Source: Hyphomicrobiales bacterium (GTDB lineage: Bacteria; Pseudomonadota; Alphaproteobacteria; Rhizobiales; Beijerinckiaceae). Taken from it: 64,000 nt of DNA. The notes beneath the pieces were generated by a model. It did not search any database and was not told where the DNA came from. It saw only the letters and a list, made by a program, of their open reading frames with translations. The translations under genes and the position numbers were made by a program. This document shows, one piece after another, positions 46,039-55,816 of this stretch. Each line of letters begins with the position of its first letter. Within the stretch, counting starts at the first letter, position 1. The stretch is from contig JBJTCD010000017.1 of the NCBI GenBank assembly GCA_046091665.1, positions 15,115 through 79,114 of the forward strand, given 5' to 3'.

Positions 46039-47771
46039 ACGTGCCACGATCACATCTCAATGACGGACATGAGAGTGCGGTCCTTGACCGCATTCTTCAT
46101 GCTGCCATTGGCCGCGTCACGGGCGGCTCTTCACCGATTGGTTTATCGCTTGCCATTATTGATTGGGCCGCGCATCTTGCCGCTTCACCCGGGCGTATGA
46201 CAGAATTGATGCGTTGCGCCACACTTGAAGCCCTGCGTGGCTTTGATCTCACAATGAATGAAATGCGCGCGCAAAATCAAACCGCGCTTCCTGAAATTCA
46301 TGATCGCCGTTTTGCGAGCCCCGCGTGGCAAAAACTGCCTTACTCCGCTTGGGTCAGACAGTTTATCGCCGCGCAGCATTTTTGGGATGAAGCGGTAAAG
46401 GTTCATGGCGTTAGCGAAAGACATCAAGCGCTTCTGGCTTTTTTGGCACGCCAGGCGCTTGATATGGTTGCGCCAAGCAATCACATTTTCACCAATCCCG
46501 ACATTCTCAAACGCAGCATCGAGAACCAAGGGTTAAATCTTTTCAATGGCTGGTTAAACGCGCTTGATGATTTAACCGCGTTGAGTTTTGGACGGAAGAC
46601 GCCGCAAGAAGGACGACTTCAAGTCGGCGTGGATGTCGCAACAACAGAAGGCGTTGTGGTTGCCCGCACACCGATTGCAGAAATCATTCACTATAAGCCA
46701 CGCACCCCGAATGTTCACGCGACTCCGATTGTGATTGTACCCGCTTGGATCATGAAGTTTTATATTCTCGATTTATCGCCCACAAATTCGTTGATCCGCT
46801 ATCTTCTCGATCAAGGCTTTTCTGTCTTTATTGTTTCCTGGAAAAATCCAACCGCTGCGGACCGCAATATCGGTTTTGATGATTATCGTATTCAAGGCGT
46901 CAATGCCGCGATAGAAGCAGCGCGTGCGATCACCGGAGCCGCACAAGTTCATCTCACCGGCTATTGTCTCGGTGGAACACTCGCCGCCATCGCTGCTGCG
47001 GCGGTGGGGCGCGATGGCAACAACCATTTGAAAAGCCTGAGCCTCTTTGCCTCGCAAACTGATTTTCACGAAGCTGGTGAATTGCGCCTCTTTATCAGTG
47101 AAAGCCAATTGGCTTTGATTGAAGACATGATGTGGATGCGCGGCTATCTGCAAGCGGATGAAATGGCCGGAACATTTCATATCTTACGCTCGAATGATCT
47201 TATCTGGTCACGTATGATTTCAAATTATGCGATGGGCGAGCGGGAAAAATCAGCCGATTTGATGCAATGGTCGGATGATGCGACCCGCATGCCCTACCGG
47301 ATGCATAGCGAATATCTTCGCTGGCTCTATCTCGAAAATCGTTTGGCTGAGGGCCAACTGATGATTGATGGTCATCCGGTCGCCTTGCGTGATATCACGG
47401 TTCCGATTTTTTTAGTGGGGACAGAATGGGATCACGTTGCACCCTGGCGCTCCGTATATAAACTCCATCTCGCGGCCGAAACCGAGATCACTTTTGTACT
47501 CGCAAAAGGCGGACATAATGCGGGTATTGTCAGCGCGCCTACGCAATCTGATCGTCATTATCGAATCGGCACACAAGCGCATGATGCCGCTTATATGGAC
47601 CCTGAAACATGGCTCTCAACGCATCATGCAAAAGAGGGATCTTGGTGGCCGGCTTGGGTTTCGTGGCTTCACGAATTAGCACCCGAACAAACTTCGCCTC
47701 GCCCGCTTGATCACGCAGCTCTTGGTTATCCGTCTTTGGGACCGGCTCCGGGACTTTATGTTCATGACTGA
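46026..47771 (+). CDS. phaC: Class I poly(R)-hydroxyalkanoate synthase
   Basis: It has the lipase-box variant GYCLGG (LTGYCLGGTLAA). The alpha/beta hydrolase region carries the conserved downstream Asp/His context (GTEWDHVAP, GGHNAGIV). The start, at 46026 or 46035, overlaps the upstream stop. Confidence 0.9.
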   Translation: MEQMNVPRSHLNDGHESAVLDRILHAAIGRVTGGSSPIGLSLAIIDWAAHLAASPGRMTELMRCATLEALRGFDLTMNEMRAQNQTALPEIHDRRFASPAWQKLPYSAWVRQFIAAQHFWDEAVKVHGVSERHQALLAFLARQALDMVAPSNHIFTNPDILKRSIENQGLNLFNGWLNALDDLTALSFGRKTPQEGRLQVGVDVATTEGVVVARTPIAEIIHYKPRTPNVHATPIVIVPAWIMKFYILDLSPTNSLIRYLLDQGFSVFIVSWKNPTAADRNIGFDDYRIQGVNAAIEAARAITGAAQVHLTGYCLGGTLAAIAAAAVGRDGNNHLKSLSLFASQTDFHEAGELRLFISESQLALIEDMMWMRGYLQADEMAGTFHILRSNDLIWSRMISNYAMGEREKSADLMQWSDDATRMPYRMHSEYLRWLYLENRLAEGQLMIDGHPVALRDITVPIFLVGTEWDHVAPWRSVYKLHLAAETEITFVLAKGGHNAGIVSAPTQSDRHYRIGTQAHDAAYMDPETWLSTHHAKEGSWWPAWVSWLHELAPEQTSPRPLDHAALGYPSLGPAPGLYVHD

Positions 47772-47859
47772 TCTGATTGACTTTGGTCAATGAGCCTCAT
47801 CGCAATTTGCTTTATCTTTGTTTCATCTCTGAAATTCAACTTGTGAAGGAGTGCGCGCT

Positions 47860-48504
47860 ATGACCGACAGCGATCTTCGTCAATTGATCATCGATGAACT
47901 TGAGTTTGAACCGTCCCTTGATGCGTCAAATATTGGCGTCGCCGCAAAAGACGGCATTGTAACACTCTCGGGTCATGTGATGAGTTACGCCGAGAAAATG
48001 GCGGCCGAACGCGCGGCGCGCCGTGTCAAAGGCGTTCATGGCATCGCTCAAGAAATTGAAATTCGGTATTCAACTGACAAAAAAATCAATGATGACGAAA
48101 TCGCTCGTCGCTGTGTGAACATCATCACATGGGATACGACACTGCCCGAGGGAAAAATCACTGTTAAAGTTGAGCGCGGCTGGGTGACACTTTCCGGCGA
48201 AGTGCCTTGGCATTTCCAGCGTGTTGCCGCTGAAGCCGGTGTCAGAAAAATTTCAGGTGTCACAGGGATCACAAATCTCATTACCATCAAGGCTCGTGTT
48301 CAAGCCGGTGATGTAAAACAGAAAATTCATGACGCGTTGAAACGTTCGGCTGAAGTGGAGGCCAATGCGATCCGCATCACGGTCACGGATTCAGGCGTTC
48401 GCCTCGAGGGGAAGGTCAATGATTGGCGTGAACGCGAAATCGTTGAAAAGGCCGCCTGGAGTGTTCCTGGCGTCATGGCGGTTGATGATCGTTTGACCGT
48501 CTAA
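47860..48504 (+). CDS. BON-domain protein (OsmY-like, three BON repeats, no obvious signal peptide)
   Basis: It has repeated modules (GIVTLSGHV..., GWVTLSGEV..., GVRLEGKV...). ATG 47860 follows GAAGGAG. Confidence 0.8.
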   Translation: MTDSDLRQLIIDELEFEPSLDASNIGVAAKDGIVTLSGHVMSYAEKMAAERAARRVKGVHGIAQEIEIRYSTDKKINDDEIARRCVNIITWDTTLPEGKITVKVERGWVTLSGEVPWHFQRVAAEAGVRKISGVTGITNLITIKARVQAGDVKQKIHDALKRSAEVEANAIRITVTDSGVRLEGKVNDWREREIVEKAAWSVPGVMAVDDRLTV

Positions 48505-48648
48505 AAGACGAGGCTTGAGGGCTTAACGGGCGCGCGTTCCGCGCAAAATTGACAAAGAACGGGCGTGGCGATTACCGTCGCGTCCGTCATGTCGAACATC
48601 GCCTCGCTCCATTCGCTTCATAACGCTCCCGAAATCGGGGGGCGCACG

Positions 48649-49584
48649 ATGCCGCGTCCTTTCGATGCCGATTGGATTGATGAGATCCGTGTTAATCTTT
48701 CCGCTGTTGAGCGTCGAACGGCGACTTTACCGGCAAGACGCAGCGTGAAAAAAGACGCGCAAGCGGCATGGCTCTTGAAAGCTGTCACCTGCATTGATCT
48801 CACCACACTCAATGGCGATGATACGGAGGGTCGCGTGCGGCGGCTTTGCGCGAAAGCGCGGCACCCCATTCGCGAAGATCTCCTTGAAGCGCTCGGCATG
48901 GGTGATCAGAAAATCACAACGGGCGCCATTTGCGTTTATCATCGCTTTGTGGCCGCGGCCGTTGATGCGTTGAAAGGTTCCGTAATTCCGGTGGCTGCTG
49001 TTTCAACCGGCTTTCCGGCAGGTCTTGTTCCACATGATGTAAAATTACGTGAGATTGAAGCGTCCGTAAAAGACGGCGCACAAGAGATCGATATTGTTGT
49101 CACACGCGAATATGTTCTGACCGGGAATTGGAAAGCGCTTTATGATGAAATGCGTGATTTCCGCCAGGCCTGTGGCGACGCCCATGTGAAAGCCATTCTT
49201 GCGACAGGCGATATCAAAACAATGAAGAACATCGCCAAAGCTTCGATGGTATGCATGATGGCGGGCGCGGATTTTATCAAAACATCGACCGGCAAAGAAA
49301 CGAGTAATGCCACTTTGCCTGTCTCGCTCGTGATGCTGCGGATGATCCGCGATTTTCATGAGCGCACCGGTTACAAAATTGGCTTCAAACCTGCAGGCGG
49401 CATTTCAGCAGCAAAAGATGTTTTGAATTATCAGATTTTGATGAAAGAAGAATTGGGTCGCCCCTGGCTTGAGCCCTCTTTATTTCGCGTCGGCGCATCG
49501 AGCCTCTTAGCCGATATTGAACGACAACTCGAACATCACATCACAGGTCGTTACTCGGCCTATAATCGTCACCCCGTCGGATAA
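48649..49584 (+). CDS. deoC: Deoxyribose-phosphate aldolase, long (eukaryote-like) form
   Basis: It has the motifs CIDLTTL, the Schiff-base Lys region (DFIKTSTGK), KPAGGI and the tail FRVGASSLLADIERQLEHHITGRYSAYN, which closely resembles animal DERA. The start could be 48589 instead. Confidence 0.87.
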   Translation: MPRPFDADWIDEIRVNLSAVERRTATLPARRSVKKDAQAAWLLKAVTCIDLTTLNGDDTEGRVRRLCAKARHPIREDLLEALGMGDQKITTGAICVYHRFVAAAVDALKGSVIPVAAVSTGFPAGLVPHDVKLREIEASVKDGAQEIDIVVTREYVLTGNWKALYDEMRDFRQACGDAHVKAILATGDIKTMKNIAKASMVCMMAGADFIKTSTGKETSNATLPVSLVMLRMIRDFHERTGYKIGFKPAGGISAAKDVLNYQILMKEELGRPWLEPSLFRVGASSLLADIERQLEHHITGRYSAYNRHPVG

Positions 49585-49588
49585 AAGC

Positions 49589-51970
49589 ATGAGCGTCGCG
49601 CATTATTTCGAGACCATGGATTACGGCACCGCACCTGAAGCGGATACGGAAGCGCGCGCATGGCTTTTAAAACACAATCATCGCTTGGGGCATTTCATTG
49701 ATGGACGCTTTGTTGCGTCATCTTCAAAAGCCAGTTTTGAGACCAAAGAACCTGCGAGTGGCAAAACTCTGGCGTCAATTGCCAAAGGAACCAAAACTGA
49801 CATCGCTAAAGCGGTAATGGCAGCGCGAAGAGCGCAGCCAAAATGGGCAAAGCTTGGCGGAGCGGCGCGTGCACGTCATCTTTATGCGTTGACCCGTATG
49901 GTGCAACGCCACGCGCGTTTATTCGCAGTTCTTGAATCTCTCGATAATGGCAAACCTATTCGCGAGACGCGCGACATCGATATTCCGCTCGTCGCCCGAC
50001 ATTTCTATCACCACGCCGGTTGGGCGCAGGTGATGGATCGCGAATTTCCGGATCACGATCCTGTTGGCGTGGCGGGACAAATTATCCCGTGGAATTTTCC
50101 ATTATTAATGCTCGCCTGGAAAGTCGCACCGGCACTTGCTTTCGGCAACACGGTGGTTGTGAAGCCTGCTGAATTCACACCGCTCACCGCATTACTTTTC
50201 GCAGAGCTCGCGCATGAAGCCGGACTCCCCAAAGGTGTTCTCAACATTGTGACGGGCGATGGCGACACAGGCGCTGCGCTAGTTGATGCACCGGTTGATA
50301 AAATCGCTTTTACGGGCTCGACGGAAGTTGGCCGCATCATTCGCGCGAAAACCGCGGGCAGCGGCAAAAAACTGACATTGGAACTCGGTGGCAAATCGCC
50401 CTTTATCGTTTTTGATGATGCGGATCTCGATGGCGCCGTCGAAGGCGTGATCGACGCGATCTATTTCAATCAAGGTCAAGTCTGTTGCGCCGGCTCGCGT
50501 CTCTTGGTGCAAGAAGGTATTGCGGCACGTTTCATTGAAAAACTTAAAACACGCATGGTACATTTACGTGTTGGCGATCCACTCGACAAAAGCCTCGATA
50601 TTGGTGCGATCATAGATCCCGTACAACGCACGCGGATCGATGCGCTCGTGAAAAAGGGCGTGAGCGAAGGCGCTTCACTCTTTCAACCCGATTGCAAACT
50701 CCCGAAATCAGGATGCTTCTATCCGCCGACGCTTCTCACCAATGTCGCCCCTGCTTCTACGGTGGCGATTGAAGAAATCTTCGGCCCTGTGCTCGTAACG
50801 ATGACTTTCCGCACGCCCGATGAAGCGGTCGCTCTCGCCAATAACACGCGCTATGGATTGGCAGCAAGCGTTTGGAGCGAAACCCTCTCCCTCGCTCTTG
50901 ATATCGCACCAAAACTTAAAAGCGGCGTGGTTTGGGTTAACGCGACCAATCTATTTGATGCCTCGGTTGGTTTTGGCGGCTATCGCGAGTCAGGCTTTGG
51001 CCGTGAAGGTGGACGCGAAGGCGCGCTCGCTTATTTGAAACTCAAAAACCACACGAAACGAAAATTAAGGAAAGCAACTCCTCTTCCAGGAGCCACAAGC
51101 GTAACTGCACCCAACGATGCATTGGTGATTGATAGAACCGCAAAACTCTTCATCGGTGGCAAGCAAGTGCGTCCTGATGGGAATTATTCGCGCGTTGTTC
51201 TTTCAGCAAAAGGCAAGCGGCTTGGCGAAGTGGGCGAAGGCAATCGCAAAGATGTTCGCAATGCGGTGGCAGCGGCACGGGCGGCGGAAGCCTGGTCAAA
51301 AGCGACAACGCATAATCGCGCGCAGATCCTTTATTACCTAGCTGAAAATCTTTCTGCACGCGCGAGTGAATTTGCAACCCGCATTGCAGAATCGAGTGGT
51401 GTCACGCCATTGCTGGCAAAGCGCGAGGTTAAGGCATCAGTTGAAAGGCTTTTCACTTATGGCTCCTATGCTGATAAATTTGAAGGCGCTGTCCATCAAC
51501 CGCCTTTGCGCGGCGTGGCGCTCGCAATGAAAGAAGCGATTGGTGTCGTTGGCGTCATATGTCCTGATGAAGCGCCTCTTCTTTCATTGATGAGCCTTGC
51601 TGCACCCTTGATCGCGATGGGCAACCGAATTGTTCTTGTGCCGAGCGAGCGGTCACCTCTGATCGCCACAGATTTCTATCAGGTGATTGAAACTTCAGAT
51701 GTGCCCGGCGGTGTTTTCAATATCGTGACCGGCTCATCGCACACACTTGCAAAAACGCTCGCCGAACATGATGATGTCGATGCAATTTGGGCATTTGGCG
51801 ATAAAAAACTTTCAACCTTGATTGAAAGCTTATCGATTGGAAACCTTAAACGCACTTTTGTTGATGAGGGCTATGTCACCGACTGGTTTGAATCAAAAAG
51901 CGCAGACGGACCGCAATGGCTTGACCATGCTGTTGAAATTAAAAATATCTGGATCCCCTATGGGGAATAA
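49589..51970 (+). CDS. Aldehyde dehydrogenase fused to a C-terminal partial ALDH-like domain
   Basis: The first roughly 500 aa form a complete ALDH (WNFPLLM, ELGGKSP, GQVCCAGSR catalytic Cys). The last roughly 290 aa repeat only the cofactor-binding half (LFIGGKQV..., IVTGSSHTLAKTLAEHDDVDAIWAFG) and have no ELGGK/Cys pair. Confidence 0.87.
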   Translation: MSVAHYFETMDYGTAPEADTEARAWLLKHNHRLGHFIDGRFVASSSKASFETKEPASGKTLASIAKGTKTDIAKAVMAARRAQPKWAKLGGAARARHLYALTRMVQRHARLFAVLESLDNGKPIRETRDIDIPLVARHFYHHAGWAQVMDREFPDHDPVGVAGQIIPWNFPLLMLAWKVAPALAFGNTVVVKPAEFTPLTALLFAELAHEAGLPKGVLNIVTGDGDTGAALVDAPVDKIAFTGSTEVGRIIRAKTAGSGKKLTLELGGKSPFIVFDDADLDGAVEGVIDAIYFNQGQVCCAGSRLLVQEGIAARFIEKLKTRMVHLRVGDPLDKSLDIGAIIDPVQRTRIDALVKKGVSEGASLFQPDCKLPKSGCFYPPTLLTNVAPASTVAIEEIFGPVLVTMTFRTPDEAVALANNTRYGLAASVWSETLSLALDIAPKLKSGVVWVNATNLFDASVGFGGYRESGFGREGGREGALAYLKLKNHTKRKLRKATPLPGATSVTAPNDALVIDRTAKLFIGGKQVRPDGNYSRVVLSAKGKRLGEVGEGNRKDVRNAVAAARAAEAWSKATTHNRAQILYYLAENLSARASEFATRIAESSGVTPLLAKREVKASVERLFTYGSYADKFEGAVHQPPLRGVALAMKEAIGVVGVICPDEAPLLSLMSLAAPLIAMGNRIVLVPSERSPLIATDFYQVIETSDVPGGVFNIVTGSSHTLAKTLAEHDDVDAIWAFGDKKLSTLIESLSIGNLKRTFVDEGYVTDWFESKSADGPQWLDHAVEIKNIWIPYGE

Positions 51971-51992
51971 ATAGAAAACTCTCGGGAGGTAG

Positions 51993-52451
51993 ATGATGCT
52001 CAAGAATATCAATCCGCTTTTAAATGCCGACGTGCTTTACGCGTTGAGAGCGATGGGCCATGGCGATGATCTCGTTATCGCTGACACAAATTTTCCGTCA
52101 GACTCGGTGGCGCGTGAAACCAAGCTGGGTAAATTATTGCGGATTGATAATACGACTGCGGCTGAGGCGGTTCGTGCCATTCTCTCCGTGATGCCGCTTG
52201 ATACATTCGTGGATCACGCCGCGCACCGGATGGAGATTGTTGGTTCGCCAAATGAAATTCCGAATGTTCAACAGGAAGTTCAAAAGGAAATCGATCGCGC
52301 CGAAAAGAAATCTATGCCGATGGGAACGATCGAACGCATGGCTTTTTACGAGCGCGCAAAAAAATCCTATTGCGTGATTCAAACGGGTGAGACGCGTTTC
52401 TACGGCTGCTTTATATTCAAAAAAGGCGTCATTCCGCCAAAGCGCTCGTAA
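51993..52451 (+). CDS. RbsD/FucU family sugar mutarotase/pyranase
   Basis: NPLLNADVLYALRAMGHGDDLVIADTNFP is the family signature. The protein is 152 aa. Confidence 0.8.
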   Translation: MMLKNINPLLNADVLYALRAMGHGDDLVIADTNFPSDSVARETKLGKLLRIDNTTAAEAVRAILSVMPLDTFVDHAAHRMEIVGSPNEIPNVQQEVQKEIDRAEKKSMPMGTIERMAFYERAKKSYCVIQTGETRFYGCFIFKKGVIPPKRS

Positions 52452-52455
52452 AGCC

Positions 52456-53289
52456 TCAAAGGGCGTGCCGGTCAAGCGACGCGAAAACCGAGGTGCTGGT
52501 CTCAAGTTTTGTGAAAGTCACGCCTTGATCGAGAAGTGCGCGAACGCCGGCAATCACGCCCGCGCCGCTCGGATGATGCGGTTGATTCACATGGGCGATG
52601 ATCACGTCGCCATGCCGCGCGCGTTTCATGCGATCGGTGACAGCGCTTGCCGAAAGCGATGCACCTTCATCAGCGTTCAAAGAAAAGCCGGCAATTGAAA
52701 AGCCTAGTGATTGGATAAGCGGCAAGGCTTCTGGACTATAAAGCGCGGTAGCGCCGCGATACCATTTCGGCATGAGTCCGATTGCCTTTTGAATGGCGTC
52801 TGCACCGCCAATCACTTCAGCTTTAATAGCGCCCTCGTCACCGGCGGTGCGAACACCAAAGATTGTCGCTGAACCCAAAACAGCGGCAACATGCTCAGCC
52901 CCATGATTGCCGATGGCAAAGAGATTTTGATGCTCAAGAATGATCTTGAGACCATCGCGATTCGATCTGATCCACCGTGCGGTTAGAAATAATGTGGCAG
53001 GCACCTGCCATGCGATCAACGCGTCGATGATTTTGTGATCAAAGCCACCGGAACATGCATCAAGTGTCAATGCCACAACGCGATTTTGATCGGGCGCGAG
53101 CGACAATCTGAGAGACGGCTCAATCAAAGGCGCACGATTTTGCGCCTTTACTGGACCTCCAATTCCCGCAGAAACAGCACCGACGCTGGCGGCCAAAAAG
53201 CCACGCCGCGACCATCGCGGGCCAACGCAGCACGCACAGTGATTGTGCGACGCAACATCGGTTGGAGAATAAGAGTCTCTTCGCAGCAA
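52456..53289 (-). CDS. Secreted polysaccharide deacetylase (NodB homology domain) with a Tat-type signal
   Basis: It has a twin-arginine motif (WSRRGFLAASVGAVSAG) and a NodB region (ALTLDAC..., GNHGAEH). The start is very uncertain: the TTG at 53289 is a guess, and the ORF is open to 53520. Confidence 0.7.
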   Translation of the reverse strand: MLRRDSYSPTDVASHNHCACCVGPRWSRRGFLAASVGAVSAGIGGPVKAQNRAPLIEPSLRLSLAPDQNRVVALTLDACSGGFDHKIIDALIAWQVPATLFLTARWIRSNRDGLKIILEHQNLFAIGNHGAEHVAAVLGSATIFGVRTAGDEGAIKAEVIGGADAIQKAIGLMPKWYRGATALYSPEALPLIQSLGFSIAGFSLNADEGASLSASAVTDRMKRARHGDVIIAHVNQPHHPSGAGVIAGVRALLDQGVTFTKLETSTSVFASLDRHAL

Positions 53290-53513
53290 GGCTGGCTCCC
53301 AAAAAGAAGACGAAAAGCCAAAAATGAGACCCACGTCTCTTTGGGCTCCTGCGTTAAGGCCAAAAAGCGAAGAATTCGTGAAAATTTGACTGATTTTGTG
53401 CGGTTTTGATGAAAGTTCGGGCTTGATCCGAAAAGCAACAAATGTCTCAATCAGGAAATCAAAAGCCGCACCGGAAACCGGGCGGTTAAAAGACCAACAG
53501 GGAGGATTGTGCG

Positions 53514-54572
53514 ATGGCAACCAACATCAAAGGACCAGCTATTTTTCTGGCGCAATTTGCGGGCGACAAAAAACCTTTCAATTCGTTCGATGCAATTTGC
53601 AAATGGGCGGGAAGCCTTGGTTATAAAGGCGTACAAATACCGACATGGGATGGCCGCCTCTTTGATTTGAAAAAGGCCGCGTCTTCAAAAACCTATTGCG
53701 ACGAAATCAAAGGCATTGCGAAAAAGCACGGCGTCGAAATCACCGAACTTTCAACCCATCTTCAAGGCCAGCTTGTTGCGGTGAACCCAGCTTTCGACGA
53801 AGCCTTTGATGCGTTTGCGCCAAAAGAAGTGCATGGCAAACCAAAGGCACGGCAGGAATGGGCCGTTGATCAAATGATGCTTGGCGCGAAGGCGTCGAAA
53901 AATCTTGGTCTTCATGCGAGCGTGACGTTCTCTGGCGCTTTGGCATGGCCTTTTGCTTATCCTTGGCCGCAACGTCCCAATGGTATGATCGATGCCGCTT
54001 TTGCAGAACTCGCGAAACGCTGGAAGCCGATTCTGAATGCTTATGACGAAGTGGGTTGCGATGTATGCTATGAAATTCATCCCGGTGAAGATCTCTTCGA
54101 TGGCACGACCTTCGAACGTTTTGTTGATGCCGTGAAAGGCCATAAGCGCGCCTGCATCAATTATGATCCTTCGCATTTCGTTTTGCAGCAGCTCGATTAT
54201 CTCGATTTCATCGATATCTATCATGAGCGCATCAAAGCCTTCCATGTGAAGGATGCCGAATTTAATCCGACAGGTCGCCAAGGTGTTTATTCGGGCTATT
54301 CGAATTGGGTTGAGCGCGCAGGCCGCTTCCGCTCATTGGGCGATGGCCAAGTTGATTTTGCCGGTATCTTCTCGAAGCTCGCGCAGTATAATTATTCGAG
54401 CTGGGCTGTGCTTGAATGGGAATGCTGCCTGAAACATCCCGAAGATGGTGCAAAAGAAGGCGCGCCCTTCATTCAAAGCCATCTCATTCGCGTCACTGAA
54501 AAAGCATTCGATGATTTTGCCGGTGGTGGCACCGACAAGGCACAAATCAATCGCATGTTGGGCATTCGATAA
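53514..54572 (+). CDS. Xylose-isomerase-like TIM-barrel protein (sugar phosphate isomerase/epimerase family)
   Basis: The 352-aa protein has metal-ligand-type positions in context (CYEIHPGED, HVKDAE, VLEWEC). Confidence 0.8.
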   Translation: MATNIKGPAIFLAQFAGDKKPFNSFDAICKWAGSLGYKGVQIPTWDGRLFDLKKAASSKTYCDEIKGIAKKHGVEITELSTHLQGQLVAVNPAFDEAFDAFAPKEVHGKPKARQEWAVDQMMLGAKASKNLGLHASVTFSGALAWPFAYPWPQRPNGMIDAAFAELAKRWKPILNAYDEVGCDVCYEIHPGEDLFDGTTFERFVDAVKGHKRACINYDPSHFVLQQLDYLDFIDIYHERIKAFHVKDAEFNPTGRQGVYSGYSNWVERAGRFRSLGDGQVDFAGIFSKLAQYNYSSWAVLEWECCLKHPEDGAKEGAPFIQSHLIRVTEKAFDDFAGGGTDKAQINRMLGIR

Positions 54573-54586
54573 AAGAGAGATCTCTC

Positions 54587-55765
54587 ATGGCAATCACAGG
54601 AAAAGATGACGGCAAAAGAGATGGCCGTATTCGCTTAGGCATGGTGGGTGGTGGGGAAGGCGCTTTTATTGGCGCAGTTCACCGCATCGCTTCGCGCATC
54701 GATGATCATTATGTTTTTGTCGCGGGCGCGCTGAGCTCAACCGCTGAAAAAGCAAAAAGATCGGGCGCAGCATTGGGGCTTGATCCCAATCGCTCCTATG
54801 CCGATTTTGAAACTATGGCGCGTGAAGAAGCCAGACGCCCTGACGGGATTGAAGCGGTTTCAATCGTGACGCCCAATCACATGCATGCAGGTCCCGCACT
54901 CGCTTTTTTGAAAGCGGGCATTCATGTGATTTGCGATAAGCCGCTCACGACGTCTTTAAAAGAAGCGAAAGTACTGCAGGCGGCGGCCAAAAAATCCGGT
55001 CTAATTTTTGCGGTCACGCATAATTACACCGGCTACCCCATGGTGCGGCAAGCACGTGCGATGGTGAAAGCGGGAGAGCTTGGCGAGGTCCGCGTTGTTC
55101 AAGTTGAATATCCGCAAGATTGGCTCGCAGAACCGCTCGAGAAAACCGGGCAAAAACAAGCCGATTGGCGCACCGATCCAAAACGCTCGGGTGCGGGCGG
55201 CTGCATCGGCGATATTGGCACACATGCCTATAATCTTGCCGATTTCATCACCGGTCTCTCTGTTGATGAACTCTCGGCCGAACTCACAACTTTTGTGAAG
55301 GGCCGCAAGCTTGATGACAACACACAAATTCTTTTGCGTTATGCGAATGGCGCGCGCGGCTCCCTTTGGGCGAGCCAAGTGGCTATTGGTAACGAGAATA
55401 ATTTGCGCATTCGCGTCTATGGCACGAAGGGCGGCATCGCTTGGAGCCAAGAAAATCCGAATTATCTCCATGTCTCGCCAATCGGAAAACCAACTTACAC
55501 GATCACACGTTCGGGCGCAGGCTCAGGCTCTGAAGCGGGCCGCGTTTCGCGCATTCCACCCGGACACCCCGAAGGCTATCTTGAAGGCTTTGCCAATACC
55601 TACACCGAAGTGGCACATGCGATTCATGCCGCACGCAAGGGCAAGAAAGCGGATAAGGCTGTAATGTTCCCGACCGTTGATGATGGTGTGAAAGGTCTGT
55701 CTTTCATTGAAGCCGCCGTGTCTTCATCTCAGAAGAATGGCAAATGGACAAAAGTGAAATCGTGA
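54587..55765 (+). CDS. Gfo/Idh/MocA family NAD(P)-dependent oxidoreductase
   Basis: It has a Rossmann motif (RLGMVGGGEGAFIGAVH) and the EKP-like motif (ICDKPLT). The protein is 392 aa. Confidence 0.85.
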   Translation: MAITGKDDGKRDGRIRLGMVGGGEGAFIGAVHRIASRIDDHYVFVAGALSSTAEKAKRSGAALGLDPNRSYADFETMAREEARRPDGIEAVSIVTPNHMHAGPALAFLKAGIHVICDKPLTTSLKEAKVLQAAAKKSGLIFAVTHNYTGYPMVRQARAMVKAGELGEVRVVQVEYPQDWLAEPLEKTGQKQADWRTDPKRSGAGGCIGDIGTHAYNLADFITGLSVDELSAELTTFVKGRKLDDNTQILLRYANGARGSLWASQVAIGNENNLRIRVYGTKGGIAWSQENPNYLHVSPIGKPTYTITRSGAGSGSEAGRVSRIPPGHPEGYLEGFANTYTEVAHAIHAARKGKKADKAVMFPTVDDGVKGLSFIEAAVSSSQKNGKWTKVKS

Positions 55766-55816
55766 CTTCAAAAAAATGAAATCAGAATAAAAATAATTCA
55801 GAGAGGAAAAACCAAG

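Noticed and set aside
52456-53520. The full-length 354-aa version of the deacetylase ORF.
   Set aside because: It would overlap the divergently transcribed TIM-barrel gene start (53514), leaving no promoter space. The N-terminal 75 aa have no signal-peptide character, and the Tat motif occurs only at about aa 103. The true start remains unresolved.
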